Positions 25,497-35,837 of a DNA stretch of 45,326 nt are shown piece by piece. The first letter of the stretch is position 1. Every line of letters begins with the position of its first letter. The notes beneath the pieces are model-generated. The model did no database searches. It was not told where the DNA came from and saw nothing but the letters and a program-made list of their open reading frames with translations. Both the position numbers and the translations under genes were made by a program. The stretch comes from a phage, in sequence record PX405663.1. One strand, given 5' to 3'.

Positions 25497-26281
25497 ATAA
25501 ACTATATCGCGAGGCGACACGCTTCGACCCATCTGGACGCGTTCGCCTGATTCACATTGACGCGCAGGACGTGGAACCTGGAGACGGTGCGATCGGCGCG
25601 GGCCATCACTATTTCCACTACTGCTTTATCCCGCACACTGCCGAGGATATTGCTGCCGCTGGTGGTGACGAGGATAAGCTAAAACCTAAATCCATCTTCT
25701 TCGGCGGGCAGGAGTTCGAATTCTGGCCCTTCGATCTGTCTGGCCTTAACTTCTCCACATCGACGGCAGCGGAACCGCAGCTAACCATCGTTGATATTGG
25801 CGGAATAATCACCAGGCTGTCGCTAAACCATGACCAGCTACTGGGCGCGAAGGTTGAGATCATTGATACGTTCGCGAAGTTCCTGGACAACGGGACAGAT
25901 CCAGACCCGACGCAGAAGCGAGTCCAGGAGTATTACATCGACTCGCAGGTCGGGCGCAATCCGGGCAAGCAAATTACCTTCGCACTATCCTCGCCTGCGG
26001 ATATGGAAGGGCAGGTCGTTCCCCGTCGCCAAATCATGAATATGTGCGAATGGGCGCTCAACGGGAAGTACGCCAGCGGGGACGGGTGCACCTGGAACCT
26101 TGCGAAACCCGGCATCAAGTATTACGACGAGCGAGGTAATGAAGTCATTGCGATGAATATGGACCGATGCGGCGGCTGTTTGTCCGACTGTTATCTTCGA
26201 TTTGGGCAAGGGCTTGCGGACCCGAAAGCGGCGGTGCTGGACTTCGGCGGCTTTCCGGGGTCCAGATTAATTAAGGGGTAG
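25493..26281 (+). CDS. minor tail protein (lambda L-like)
   Basis: 262 aa; C-terminal Cys cluster DRCGGCLSDC consistent with the Fe-S-containing L family; synteny. Confidence 0.65.
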   Translation: MNKLYREATRFDPSGRVRLIHIDAQDVEPGDGAIGAGHHYFHYCFIPHTAEDIAAAGGDEDKLKPKSIFFGGQEFEFWPFDLSGLNFSTSTAAEPQLTIVDIGGIITRLSLNHDQLLGAKVEIIDTFAKFLDNGTDPDPTQKRVQEYYIDSQVGRNPGKQITFALSSPADMEGQVVPRRQIMNMCEWALNGKYASGDGCTWNLAKPGIKYYDERGNEVIAMNMDRCGGCLSDCYLRFGQGLADPKAAVLDFGGFPGSRLIKG

Positions 26282-26283
26282 TT

Positions 26284-27024
26284 ATGTTAACGAAGAAGGT
26301 TAAAAGCGATATCGCCGCACACGTCGCGGCATGTCTGCCGGAAGAAGCCTGCGGCCTTGTTGTCATGGTGGGTCGCAAACAAGTTTTTATCCCGTGCGTT
26401 AACGTATTCGAAGACCCTACCGGTGCGCGCTCGCGTAAGGACGCGTTTACCATTAGTGATACGGCCTGGATGGACGCTGAGGATATGGGCGACGTCGTTC
26501 GCGTAGTCCACTCACACCCGGGTCAGCGCGAGTTAACCCCATCATTGGGTGACGTTAACGGATGCAACGGCAGCGGCGTCGTCTGGACCATCACTAACGA
26601 ATATGGCGACTTTATCGAGATCGACCCGGAAGACCCGCCGCTGGTGGGCCGCCGATTTGTTCTCGGAATTACGGATTGTTACGGCCTCGTCATGGACTGG
26701 CACAAAAAGCAGGGGGTAAACCTGCCAGACTTCCGCGTGCCGTATAACTGGTGGGAGACAGGCGAAAACCTGTATATGGACAATTGGTACGGTGCGGGCT
26801 TCAGGGAATGCGAGGAGAATACGCCGGGGGCGATGGTTATCATGCAGATCAGCGCGCCAGTACCTAACCATGCCGGGATATTCCTTCCGGGCAACCAACT
26901 ACTACACCACATCTACGGCAGCCTGTCGAGCGTGATACCCTTCCGATCAGGATTTTTCCGGGACAATGTGGTTAAATGGGTACGTCATAAAGACCTACCG
27001 GGGAATATAACAGAATGGCAATGA
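26284..27024 (+). CDS. tail tip protein K-like (MPN/JAB metalloprotease plus NlpC/P60 domains)
   Basis: EACG...VHSHPGQRELTPSLGD JAMM motif; TDCYGL and NHAGIF Cys/His NlpC-P60-like motifs. Confidence 0.75.
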   Translation: MLTKKVKSDIAAHVAACLPEEACGLVVMVGRKQVFIPCVNVFEDPTGARSRKDAFTISDTAWMDAEDMGDVVRVVHSHPGQRELTPSLGDVNGCNGSGVVWTITNEYGDFIEIDPEDPPLVGRRFVLGITDCYGLVMDWHKKQGVNLPDFRVPYNWWETGENLYMDNWYGAGFRECEENTPGAMVIMQISAPVPNHAGIFLPGNQLLHHIYGSLSSVIPFRSGFFRDNVVKWVRHKDLPGNITEWQ

Positions 27025-27632
27025 CCACATTTAAATTATACGGCGTTTTAGGACGTCGATTCGGTAAAGTGCATAAGCTGGACTGCTTCACACCGGGTGA
27101 AGGAATCACCGGCTTATGTGTGAAGTTGCCAGGCTTACAGGACTTTCTAATGTCGGCCCACCTGGACAACATGATGTTCAAAGTGCGCAAGGGCAATCAC
27201 ACTATGACCGGCTACGACGAATTGGGTGAGTTCCACGGCAACCGTGTCGTCACCATCGCGCCGGTTATGACTGGCGCAAAACGCGGACTAGGCCAATTGC
27301 TGGCGGGTGTAGCGATCGTAGTGGCGTCGTTCTATACGGGCGGGCTTGCTACTGCCGCTTTCGGGGCTTCGGCTGCCACCGCTGCCGCTATCGGTACGGC
27401 GACGTTTTCGTTCGGTATGTCGATGGCGCTGGGTGGCGTTATGCAATTGCTGTCGCCACAGCCGAAAGGATTGCAGACACGGCAGGACGTAGATAACAAG
27501 GCGTCTTATGCGTTCGGCGGGCCAGTAAATACGACCGCGCAAGGTACGGCGCTTGGTGTATTATGGGGGGAGCGTGAGATCGGCGGCGCTATTATTTCCG
27601 CCGGAATCGTAACCGAGGACTTGAACGAATGA
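27015..27632 (+). CDS. tail assembly protein I-like
   Basis: 205 aa, Gly/Ala-rich hydrophobic C-terminus; synteny. Confidence 0.65.
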   Translation: MAMTTFKLYGVLGRRFGKVHKLDCFTPGEGITGLCVKLPGLQDFLMSAHLDNMMFKVRKGNHTMTGYDELGEFHGNRVVTIAPVMTGAKRGLGQLLAGVAIVVASFYTGGLATAAFGASAATAAAIGTATFSFGMSMALGGVMQLLSPQPKGLQTRQDVDNKASYAFGGPVNTTAQGTALGVLWGEREIGGAIISAGIVTEDLNE

Positions 27633-30600
27633 CGATTATCTACGACGTCACAGGGCATAAAGGCGGCGGCGGCAAACAGCACACCCCACAGGAGACGCCC
27701 GATAGCCTGCATTCGATGGCTAAAATCCGCATCTTGCTCGCACTGGGCGAAGGGGAATTCGAAGGCATTCCCGACCCTAACGAATTGCGTCAGCGCGTAT
27801 ATCTTGACGGCACCCCGATCCAGAACGAGGACCGGTCCGAAAACTTCCCGGGCGCGCGCGTGGAGTTCCGCCCAGGCACACAGCACCAGGATGTGATCCA
27901 CGGATTTTCGGCGGTGGAAAGTGAGCAATCTGTCAGCGTAAAACTGGAAAACGGCACGCCGTGGGTGCGCCAGATTAACGATACCAGTCTGGACGCCGTT
28001 CGCATTCGAGTCGGCATACCGGCCCTGTACACTAACGAAGATAATGGCGACCTGGTTGGCGGGCGCATCGACTATAAAATCGTGGTGTATACGGATAACG
28101 CCGACCCGCGTGAGTTCAGATTCGCCGCCGTTGGTAAAACAATGTCGCTGTACGAGCGCGACCACCGCATCGAATTACCGCCAAACGTGAATACTGGCTG
28201 GCGAGTGGAGGTGCACCGCATAACGGCAGACTCCACATCGGCGAAAGTGGTTAATGATATCCGGGTGCAATCCATCACTGAGATTATCGACGCCCGCCTG
28301 CGTTACCCGCTAACCGCGCTGTTGTTTGTGGAGTTCGACGCTAAAGCGTTCCAGAACATCCCGCGCGTGTCCATCAAGTGCAAAGGCCGCAAAGTTCTAA
28401 TACCTAACAACTACGACCCGATTAATCATACCTATTCCGGGGACTGGGACGGCACGTTTAAACGCGCATGGACGGATAACCCGGCGTGGCACTGGTACGA
28501 TATTTGTATTACTGAGCGCTTCGGCCTCGGTCGCCGGATCAAGCCGCAAATGCTGAACCGGTACGCGCTTTACCAGATTGCGCAGCGCTGCGATCAACTG
28601 GTCAGTGACGGCAACGGTGGTCGAGAAATCCGCTTTAAGAATGATATGTACATTCAGTCACAGACGGATGCCTGGACCGTGCTTAAGGATTTAGCCGCCA
28701 TCTTCGCCGGAATGACCTGGTGGGGCAACCAGATGTTGAATATCGTCAGTGACCAGCCGGTAGCAGCGGTGTCCCACACTATCACCAACGCCTCGGTTAT
28801 TGATGGGCGCTTCGACTACGCGTCCGGTAGCCAGAAAACTCGGTACTCCACGTTCGCAGTAGCATACGGCAACCCGAAGAACCACTATGAAGATGCCATC
28901 GCAACGGGGCAACGTGTCGAACTGGTACGCCGCCATAAGATTAACCGTCTTGATATTACGGCGATCGGCTGTACGCGTGAATCTGAAGCGCAACGCCGCG
29001 GGCACTGGGCGCTAATTTCCAACCAGCTTGACCAGCAAGTTAGCTTTAAGGTGGGCATGGAGGGGTTATTCTTTATCCCTGGTAGCGTAGTCGCGATCGC
29101 AGATACTAATATTTCTGGCGGATTCGAGACTCGTGGCGGTCGACTGTTGTCAGACCCCGGAACGCGTACCGTGCTGAACACGGACAGCGAAATCACGTTC
29201 CGCCCTGGCGATAAGTTCCTGGTGCGCACCGATAGCGGTAATGTGGAGACTCGCGAGATCGCCAGCGTCAACGGCAACAAGGTTACGCTAAAAACTGCAC
29301 TGGATGCCGACCCGATTCCAGACCAGCCGTTTTGCGTTGATGGCAACGATATCCAGTTGCAGAAGTTCCGCATAACCGACCTGGAATATGACGACTCTAC
29401 CAGCACTTTTTCGGTGCGCGGGATTGAATACAACGATAGCAAATATGATGCCGTTGATAATGGCGCGCGCCTTGACCCAGGCATCTTTACGCAAGTGCCG
29501 GACGGTGTGATGAAGGGGCCGGAATCCGTGACCATAACCCCGTCGCAGATTTCATCGCAAGGCCAGCTAATCACCAACGTGGATATTGTTTTCCCGCCGG
29601 TTAAGGATGCCGTGGTGTATGAAATCCAGTGGCGACGTACCAGCTTGCAGAATATGGAAATCCAGTGGGGCAACGACTGGGTGAATATTCCGCGCACGGC
29701 GTCGAATGGCGCGCACATTCCTAACGTGTTCTCCGGTAACTACCAGGCACGCGTCCGTGCGATCGGTATGGGCGAGATTTCGTCCCCGTGGGTGTCGTCC
29801 GCTATCACGCCGATAGAAGGTCGTCTCGGCGGGCTTAACGCGCCTATCATCACCAACGCGATTTCGGGCCTCCACCAAATTTTGTGGAAGTGGAACCACA
29901 ACAACGCCGCGACGGATATTTCGTACACCGAGCTTGAAGTGCGCAAGACCGGTGAAACGGAGTGGAAATTTCTTACCAACGTCCCATATCCAGGGGCGGA
30001 GTATGCGCAAACGTCACTGGAGTTCGGGATCTATCAGCAGTTGCGCGCCCGTGTAGCGGATAAAATCGGCAACCTGTCGGACTGGTCGGCCCCGTTTGAA
30101 GGGCAGGTGAGTGACAAAGTTGACGAATACATGAAGGGGCTTGATGACGAGTTCTTGACTTCCGAGGACGGTAAACGCTTCCAGGAAGCGATCGACACCA
30201 TGCCGCAAGGTATCTATGAGTCTATGCTTACGGACGCCCAGCAGCTATTCAATGCCCGCGCCGAGTATAAAGGGATTTATGCGGAAATCACGGTGGCGTA
30301 TAACGTGGCGGCGGACGCGCATAAAGCCGTAGCGCAACTGGAAACGTTGATCGGCACGCGCCTTGATGACGCCGAAGCATCAATCCACACGTTGCAGACT
30401 GCGCAAAGCACACATGAACAAGCGTTCGCCCAGTACCAGCAAACTGTTGCCGCTAAGTTTTCGGAACAGGAAGCAGCCATCCAGCAGGTACAAACGGCAA
30501 CGGCGGACGTGGCTGGCGCACTGGCTGAGTACAAGACCCAGGTCGCGGCGCAGTTCGGTCAGCAGTCCGCAGCTATCGAGCAGAAGATGACGTCTTCGTT

Positions 30601-31075
30601 TAACCATGCTGGTGGCAGCGCCACGTACAGTCTTAAGGCTGGCGTGACGTATAACGGGACTTACTATGACGCCGGTATGCAGCTTTCGGTTGTGACGTCT
30701 GGCAACGCAGTTAAATCGCGTATTGCGTTCAAAGCCGACCAGTTCTATATCATGCACCCATCTAATGGGTCGCTTTCGTCCGCGTTTATCGTTGATGGTG
30801 GGCAGGTGTACATCGACACGGCACGCATCAAGGATGCGTCAATCAACTTTGCACAGATCACGGACACGCTGCAATCAAATAACTTCGTTTCCGGGTCACG
30901 TGGCTGGCGTATCCAGAAAGGCGGGGCCGCGGAGTTTAACGAGGTGACGGTGCGCGGCAACTTGTTCGCGACTACTGGTAACTTCGGGTTTTCCGGCGGG
31001 ACGGTGACGATCGACGCCACAGGCGTTAATGTGCCATTACCCGGCGGGGGGAGGGTGAAAGTCGGTACGTGGTAA
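27629..31075 (+). CDS. central tail fibre / tail tip protein J-like
   Basis: 1148-aa ORF, ATGA overlap with upstream gene; size and position. Confidence 0.85.
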   Translation: MTIIYDVTGHKGGGGKQHTPQETPDSLHSMAKIRILLALGEGEFEGIPDPNELRQRVYLDGTPIQNEDRSENFPGARVEFRPGTQHQDVIHGFSAVESEQSVSVKLENGTPWVRQINDTSLDAVRIRVGIPALYTNEDNGDLVGGRIDYKIVVYTDNADPREFRFAAVGKTMSLYERDHRIELPPNVNTGWRVEVHRITADSTSAKVVNDIRVQSITEIIDARLRYPLTALLFVEFDAKAFQNIPRVSIKCKGRKVLIPNNYDPINHTYSGDWDGTFKRAWTDNPAWHWYDICITERFGLGRRIKPQMLNRYALYQIAQRCDQLVSDGNGGREIRFKNDMYIQSQTDAWTVLKDLAAIFAGMTWWGNQMLNIVSDQPVAAVSHTITNASVIDGRFDYASGSQKTRYSTFAVAYGNPKNHYEDAIATGQRVELVRRHKINRLDITAIGCTRESEAQRRGHWALISNQLDQQVSFKVGMEGLFFIPGSVVAIADTNISGGFETRGGRLLSDPGTRTVLNTDSEITFRPGDKFLVRTDSGNVETREIASVNGNKVTLKTALDADPIPDQPFCVDGNDIQLQKFRITDLEYDDSTSTFSVRGIEYNDSKYDAVDNGARLDPGIFTQVPDGVMKGPESVTITPSQISSQGQLITNVDIVFPPVKDAVVYEIQWRRTSLQNMEIQWGNDWVNIPRTASNGAHIPNVFSGNYQARVRAIGMGEISSPWVSSAITPIEGRLGGLNAPIITNAISGLHQILWKWNHNNAATDISYTELEVRKTGETEWKFLTNVPYPGAEYAQTSLEFGIYQQLRARVADKIGNLSDWSAPFEGQVSDKVDEYMKGLDDEFLTSEDGKRFQEAIDTMPQGIYESMLTDAQQLFNARAEYKGIYAEITVAYNVAADAHKAVAQLETLIGTRLDDAEASIHTLQTAQSTHEQAFAQYQQTVAAKFSEQEAAIQQVQTATADVAGALAEYKTQVAAQFGQQSAAIEQKMTSSFNHAGGSATYSLKAGVTYNGTYYDAGMQLSVVTSGNAVKSRIAFKADQFYIMHPSNGSLSSAFIVDGGQVYIDTARIKDASINFAQITDTLQSNNFVSGSRGWRIQKGGAAEFNEVTVRGNLFATTGNFGFSGGTVTIDATGVNVPLPGGGRVKVGTW

Positions 31076-31102
31076 ATGCGAAGGGGCCATCCGGCCCCAT
31101 TT

Positions 31103-32068
31103 TCAATACATATTTGGGATGACGAGTAGCGGGGTAGGTACGGCAATATTTTTACCCGGCATCTGAAATTGCTGCCGTGAGTAGTTGCCGATGACGCGGT
31201 TTTTAGCGACGCGCACATTATTACCCGCCATGCGAATACCGTTCATGCGGACGTGATTATAGCCCCCGTTGTTCTGAATCAGCGCACCGGTGTATGAAAG
31301 CTGGATCAGGCTGTTTCCAATATTCTGGTCGCCCGTTCCGATGTTAATAGTGCGGTCATATACGAACGGCTTGTTCACCGTCGAGAACGTGACCTGATTC
31401 TGGCTATTCGTCATGGTGATCCCGGCCCCTGGCGTTGGTGGTGTATTGTTGAATATTACCAAATCCATGTCCACCGAAGCCGCCACATCGTCGATGCCAC
31501 CGTAGGACGCGTTGCGGACGATAATACTGCCGCCGTCGAAGCCTACTGATACGTTGCCATCGTCCCATCGGGCGAATGGGACACCGCTAACGGGCAATGC
31601 CATACTACCGTTGACGCGCACGCGCTGTGCGTATCGGCAGGTCATTAGCTTAGTCACGTTGGATATAGCGGTGAAGTCCGTCGAGTTCTCCACCAGTAAG
31701 CCCGCGTTACGTGAACCAACCGGCAGCACTTCCATTATGACGCCTGCCCATTGTGGTAAGCCAGAGTACGCGCCATACGCATCCTCCCCGCGCAGGGTGA
31801 TACCACTATTCCCGTTGCGGGTAACAGACGTAACGTAAAACGGGTCGGGAATTACCAGGGTCTGGTCGAATACCTCAATCACTTCTACCGGGCGAGTAAG
31901 CGCGACGACGACCTGCGACCCCTCCGTAAGAGGGGTATTAATCGTAAGCGTCTTGTTGGACTGGCAGCGCTGATCAAACGCAGTGCAGTATGACGGAGCG
32001 CGCAACCCGGCGGTTATCTCCATTACCGGCCTGCCGTCGTTATAGTCGATAAGTATTCCAGCGCCCAT
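31103..32068 (-). CDS. Asn/Gly/Val-rich beta-rich protein (about 321 aa), antisense between J and the tail fibre; receptor-related candidate
   Basis: Track ORF 31103..32077; the second ATG has the better GGGAG spacing. Confidence 0.5.
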   Translation of the reverse strand: MGAGILIDYNDGRPVMEITAGLRAPSYCTAFDQRCQSNKTLTINTPLTEGSQVVVALTRPVEVIEVFDQTLVIPDPFYVTSVTRNGNSGITLRGEDAYGAYSGLPQWAGVIMEVLPVGSRNAGLLVENSTDFTAISNVTKLMTCRYAQRVRVNGSMALPVSGVPFARWDDGNVSVGFDGGSIIVRNASYGGIDDVAASVDMDLVIFNNTPPTPGAGITMTNSQNQVTFSTVNKPFVYDRTINIGTGDQNIGNSLIQLSYTGALIQNNGGYNHVRMNGIRMAGNNVRVAKNRVIGNYSRQQFQMPGKNIAVPTPLLVIPNMY

Positions 32069-32070
32069 TA

Positions 32071-32292
32071 TTACCACTCCCGTGATTTAACTGATACTGT
32101 GCCTGAGAAGTTGCCGTCGCTATCGGATGACAGCCCAGTGAATCGCATGTCTACATCTCCTGCCGGGACTTTTTGCCCGTCAACGTAGCGCAACATGCAG
32201 CTACCGTAAGCAACCGTAACGCAATCGCCGTTGTTGCGATCTACGGCGCAACCGGACAAAAGAACCGCACAAATCATAATTAAAGTTTTCAT
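32071..32292 (-). CDS. small lipoprotein (about 73 aa), candidate superinfection-exclusion lipoprotein
   Basis: Track ORF 32071..32355 trimmed to MKTLIMICAVLLSGCAV (signal peptide with lipobox LSGC). Confidence 0.55.
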   Translation of the reverse strand: MKTLIMICAVLLSGCAVDRNNGDCVTVAYGSCMLRYVDGQKVPAGDVDMRFTGLSSDSDGNFSGTVSVKSREW

Positions 32293-32334
32293 GGTATCAT
32301 CTCTTATATTTGGTTGAGTTTTAGTATTACACCG

Positions 32335-32362
32335 CTCAACCAGGATTGCAACCAATTTACGA
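32335..32362 (-). promoter_or_regulatory. TATTGGTTGCA-type promoter-like motif oriented toward the antisense lipoprotein gene
   Basis: Minus strand reads AAATTGGTTGCAATCC about 45 nt upstream of the lipoprotein start; overlaps the tail fibre SD on the other strand. Confidence 0.45.
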
Positions 32363-32372
32363 GGATTTAGCT

Positions 32373-34688
32373 ATGGCAGCGGGTACGCTATCCGTAACGA
32401 ACAATAGCAAGGCGGTAGTAGGGGTCGGCACGACGTTTACCGCGTTTAAAGCTGGCGACTTCTTAACGCTGGTGGTAGGACAAGTCCCATACACCGTGGC
32501 AATCGCGTCCGTTGAAAGCGCAACCGCGCTTACGCTGGTGCTGCCGTTCGACGGCCCAACGGCAACCGGCCTCGCGTGGGATGGTGTTAAGCGCGATACC
32601 ATGTCACTGGCGACGATGGGCGTAACCGTACAGGCGCAGAAAGCGTTGCGATTGATGATCGCCGATGAAAACAACTGGCGTGCAATCTTCGGAGACGAAG
32701 AAGAAATCTCGATCACGCTGCCGAATGGTCAGGTAATGCAGGGTATGTCGTGGGGCTACCTGTCGTCTTTGCTGAAGGAAGTAGACCCCGTTGAGATGCG
32801 CAACCTGCAACAACAAGCCGCCGCATCTGAAGCCGCCGCGCAAGGATTTCGCAATGAGGCGGAAGGCTTCAAGAACACCGCGAATACCGCGAAAGATGCC
32901 GCAGTAGCAGCGAAGACCGCGGCGGAGACTGCACGGGGCGAAGCCAACACCGCAAAAACGGCAGCAGAGTCCGCAAAGACCGCCGCGGAGACCGCTAAAG
33001 ACCAGGCCGTAACCGCTAAAGACCAGGCTAAAGTCTTCCGCGACGAGGCCGAGGGTTTCGCAAATAGCACAGACGCGTCACAGAAAGTGCCGTACGCGGG
33101 TGTGCAAGTAGCATCTGCAACTGGAATGGCGGACCTGCTCAAGCAGTTGCGCGATAATGTTAAAGGTGGATTCTGGCGCATCGCTAATACATCTCAGTTC
33201 CCCGAGGGCGAACTGAGACCTTTTACACACGGACCCGGTATTTGTGGTGGTGCTGGGGATACATTCTTTGCTATTAACGTTGATTACTCATCAGCGCGCG
33301 TTAAAGTTTACGCTGGAAACAATAACGCTATCAATGGTACGAGTGGACAGGTGCGCGCCCTTGAGTTGGCTAGGCTAGATTCCCCCACTTTTACGGGTAA
33401 AGTGAATGCGCCTAATATTGGGGTTGGCACGGTTACACTACGGCCCGTAACTTCCGGGGAAGGCAGCGGTGACGGGGTTGTTTGGGAGTCTAGAAACGCC
33501 TCGGAGGCAAGTTTCGGTATTGCGAATGTCGGCGGGGGGTCCGCGGTTTTCCACAACTACTCAAAACCGGCAAACGGATCCGGCGTGGCTACAGGAGTGC
33601 TTATTGGGGGGTATGGGTCGCGTCCGTGGACTGGTACTACATATACGGACCACTCAAACGTGTCGCAGCACTTCCTCATGGACGGGACCGCTTCGGATAC
33701 TAACCACGGCGGCTGGTTTAGGTTGCTAACAACCCCATTGAATAAGACCAACGCCGACCGGAGGCAAACATTCGCGACCAGCAACAACGGCGACCTTTAT
33801 ATAGGTTTCGATGTGCCTATGGGGCTTTATAAGCTAACGCAGGAAAGTTACAACGGATTGGAAGTATTAAACGGTCGCGGTCTTAAACAAGTAAATAACA
33901 CAGCTAATGAAATAGCCTTAATCACCCCACGAAACGGGTCGACCGCTAATATAAACATCCGAGGTGTGGCTTTTGACGGCACAATGGCTGGCACTAAGGG
34001 GGCAACTCAGCCGGGAGACAACTTGTGGCTATCTTTTGCAGGTCACGATGGGGTGAAATTCACGGGTGCCGCTGCCGGTATGCGTATTCAGGCGTCGACT
34101 GGCTGGTCAACCACAAACACGCAATGCGGAATAACGTTTGCGACAACGAAAGCAGGGTCCACGCAGAGGGTGGATCGGTGGAGCATTACGAGCGACGGGT
34201 CGCTGTCCCCCGCAGCCGACAACACATACCCGATCGGCAGTGCAGTCTCCCGTGTTACCGCAGTCTTTGCCACAAATGGTGCAATACAGACCTCGGATGC
34301 AAGAATGAAGACCGAGGTTAGGGGTTTAACAGCGGCTGAGATGGGTGCCTCTAAAGAAATCGCCCGTGAGATTGGTATTTTCCAGTGGCTTGCGCGAGTA
34401 GCCGAAGAGGGGGATGAGGCGAGGCTCCATGCCGGTATTACCGTGCAGAAAGTGATGGAAATCATGCGGTCTTACGGTCTGGACCCCTTGAAGTATGGAT
34501 TCGTGTGTTACGACGAATGGGAGGAGACTTCAGAGGTTATAAGCGACCCCGATGATAATTCGAAGTCGACGATCAAGATAACCCCCGCGGGCAATAGATA
34601 TAGCTTGCGATATTCGGAACTAAACGTGTTTATCGCCCGAGGACTTGAGCAAAGAATCTCAGAACTGGAGGCTAAGTTAGCTGGTTGA
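32373..34688 (+). CDS. side tail fibre with C-terminal intramolecular chaperone (peptidase S74-like) domain
   Basis: Track ORF 32346..34688 (TTG) trimmed to the ATG 8 nt after GAGGA; C-terminal SDARMK...IGIFQWL...LKYGFVCYDEWEE...RISELEAKLAG resembles the self-cleaving chaperone of endosialidase/L-shaped fibres. Confidence 0.75.
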   Translation: MAAGTLSVTNNSKAVVGVGTTFTAFKAGDFLTLVVGQVPYTVAIASVESATALTLVLPFDGPTATGLAWDGVKRDTMSLATMGVTVQAQKALRLMIADENNWRAIFGDEEEISITLPNGQVMQGMSWGYLSSLLKEVDPVEMRNLQQQAAASEAAAQGFRNEAEGFKNTANTAKDAAVAAKTAAETARGEANTAKTAAESAKTAAETAKDQAVTAKDQAKVFRDEAEGFANSTDASQKVPYAGVQVASATGMADLLKQLRDNVKGGFWRIANTSQFPEGELRPFTHGPGICGGAGDTFFAINVDYSSARVKVYAGNNNAINGTSGQVRALELARLDSPTFTGKVNAPNIGVGTVTLRPVTSGEGSGDGVVWESRNASEASFGIANVGGGSAVFHNYSKPANGSGVATGVLIGGYGSRPWTGTTYTDHSNVSQHFLMDGTASDTNHGGWFRLLTTPLNKTNADRRQTFATSNNGDLYIGFDVPMGLYKLTQESYNGLEVLNGRGLKQVNNTANEIALITPRNGSTANINIRGVAFDGTMAGTKGATQPGDNLWLSFAGHDGVKFTGAAAGMRIQASTGWSTTNTQCGITFATTKAGSTQRVDRWSITSDGSLSPAADNTYPIGSAVSRVTAVFATNGAIQTSDARMKTEVRGLTAAEMGASKEIAREIGIFQWLARVAEEGDEARLHAGITVQKVMEIMRSYGLDPLKYGFVCYDEWEETSEVISDPDDNSKSTIKITPAGNRYSLRYSELNVFIARGLEQRISELEAKLAG

Positions 34689-34717
34689 AAAAGAAAGGGC
34701 CATACGGCCCTTTCTTA
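34688..34717. terminator. bidirectional rho-independent terminator between the convergent arms
   Basis: A-rich run, GGGCCATACGGCCC hairpin, T-rich run; flanked by stop codons of both convergent genes. Confidence 0.65.
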
Positions 34718-35290
34718 ATTTGAGTTTTCCCAGTCCATTTTGCGCCGCACCAGAGGGCTTTCGTAGTATTCCTTACCTTCAACCTCCACTAAAGGCCAAT
34801 CGTTCACGATCACGTATGGCTCTGCTATATCCTCAATCACACCGTGCGCGCTATGCTGCCCGAACGACACACCGACCAGAATAACACCGGCAACTCGACG
34901 GGTCAGATACTCGCGAGCGCAACGTGCCTCGACCAGTCCTCGACGGATGCCGCTGGTGGCTTTGACCTCATAGGTCCAGACGGCATCAATCATATGTTCG
35001 CGGAAGTCAGGGCCGGACTTAACCTTGCGCTTGCCGACCATGATGATATCGCCGCGGTCAATGGTGTTGGCGCTAAACAGGCCGGTACGCATAAGTAAGC
35101 CTTGCGGTATGCAACTACGCCCGCCCGCCTGCCCCTCAAGGTACATGCCCGCAAACATCTCGCCCAGCACACCGACAAGACGGCTTTGCTTGCACGCGTC
35201 AGACTTTAGGCGCCATTGGTCAAACTCGATGCTTGCGATCATTGCCGCCAGGTGGAATTGTTTACCGGTTATTTCATATTCGCCGTACAT
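34715..35290 (-). CDS. hypothetical protein (191 aa), possible PD-(D/E)xK-like fold
   Basis: ORF track; GAGGA SD; weak D...E.K pattern only. Confidence 0.5.
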   Translation of the reverse strand: MYGEYEITGKQFHLAAMIASIEFDQWRLKSDACKQSRLVGVLGEMFAGMYLEGQAGGRSCIPQGLLMRTGLFSANTIDRGDIIMVGKRKVKSGPDFREHMIDAVWTYEVKATSGIRRGLVEARCAREYLTRRVAGVILVGVSFGQHSAHGVIEDIAEPYVIVNDWPLVEVEGKEYYESPLVRRKMDWENSN

Positions 35291-35332
35291 TGTGTGGTCC
35301 TCATTGATGCGGGCCGAAGCCCGCGATTAGAG

Positions 35333-35827
35333 TTATTTAAGTGCGCCAGTCACCAGTGTTTTTTCCATGTTGCGGAAGTCTTCCGGCGTCATGAGGATTT
35401 TGGATCCGTCTTCGCCGGTGAGCACGACCATAGGCTGGAATTCTTGACCCGCAATGCCGAACTTAGCAGCATTGAAATTAGTGGCTTTGATCTTGGTAGG
35501 CCAGTCTTTTAGGCTGTCGTATTGCGCTGCCGTTGTATCGACCTGGATCTCGTCCTGCACGGTCATATAAGACTCGCCCAGCAGGGCGGCATACGCCACC
35601 AGATCCACGATATTATCTTCCTGGTGCTTACGGTGCTGGCGCACCAGCTTCAGGCAGATCAGGAAGGTCCAGGCTTCTTGCTCGGTCAGGTCGCGACCGG
35701 TAAGCGCGTTAAACACGGCGGCGATCTGTTTAGCGCTGCGTTCTTCTTTCGCGTTGTCATAGCCGTTTTCTTTCCCGCGCTGTTCCATAGTGGTGGCGGC
35801 GTTTTTGCAGTATTCGTATGCTTTCAT
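35333..35827 (-). CDS. hypothetical protein (about 164 aa)
   Basis: Track ORF 35333..35953 trimmed to MKAYEY with AAGGA SD. Confidence 0.5.
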   Translation of the reverse strand: MKAYEYCKNAATTMEQRGKENGYDNAKEERSAKQIAAVFNALTGRDLTEQEAWTFLICLKLVRQHRKHQEDNIVDLVAYAALLGESYMTVQDEIQVDTTAAQYDSLKDWPTKIKATNFNAAKFGIAGQEFQPMVVLTGEDGSKILMTPEDFRNMEKTLVTGALK

Positions 35828-35837
35828 TATGTTTTCC

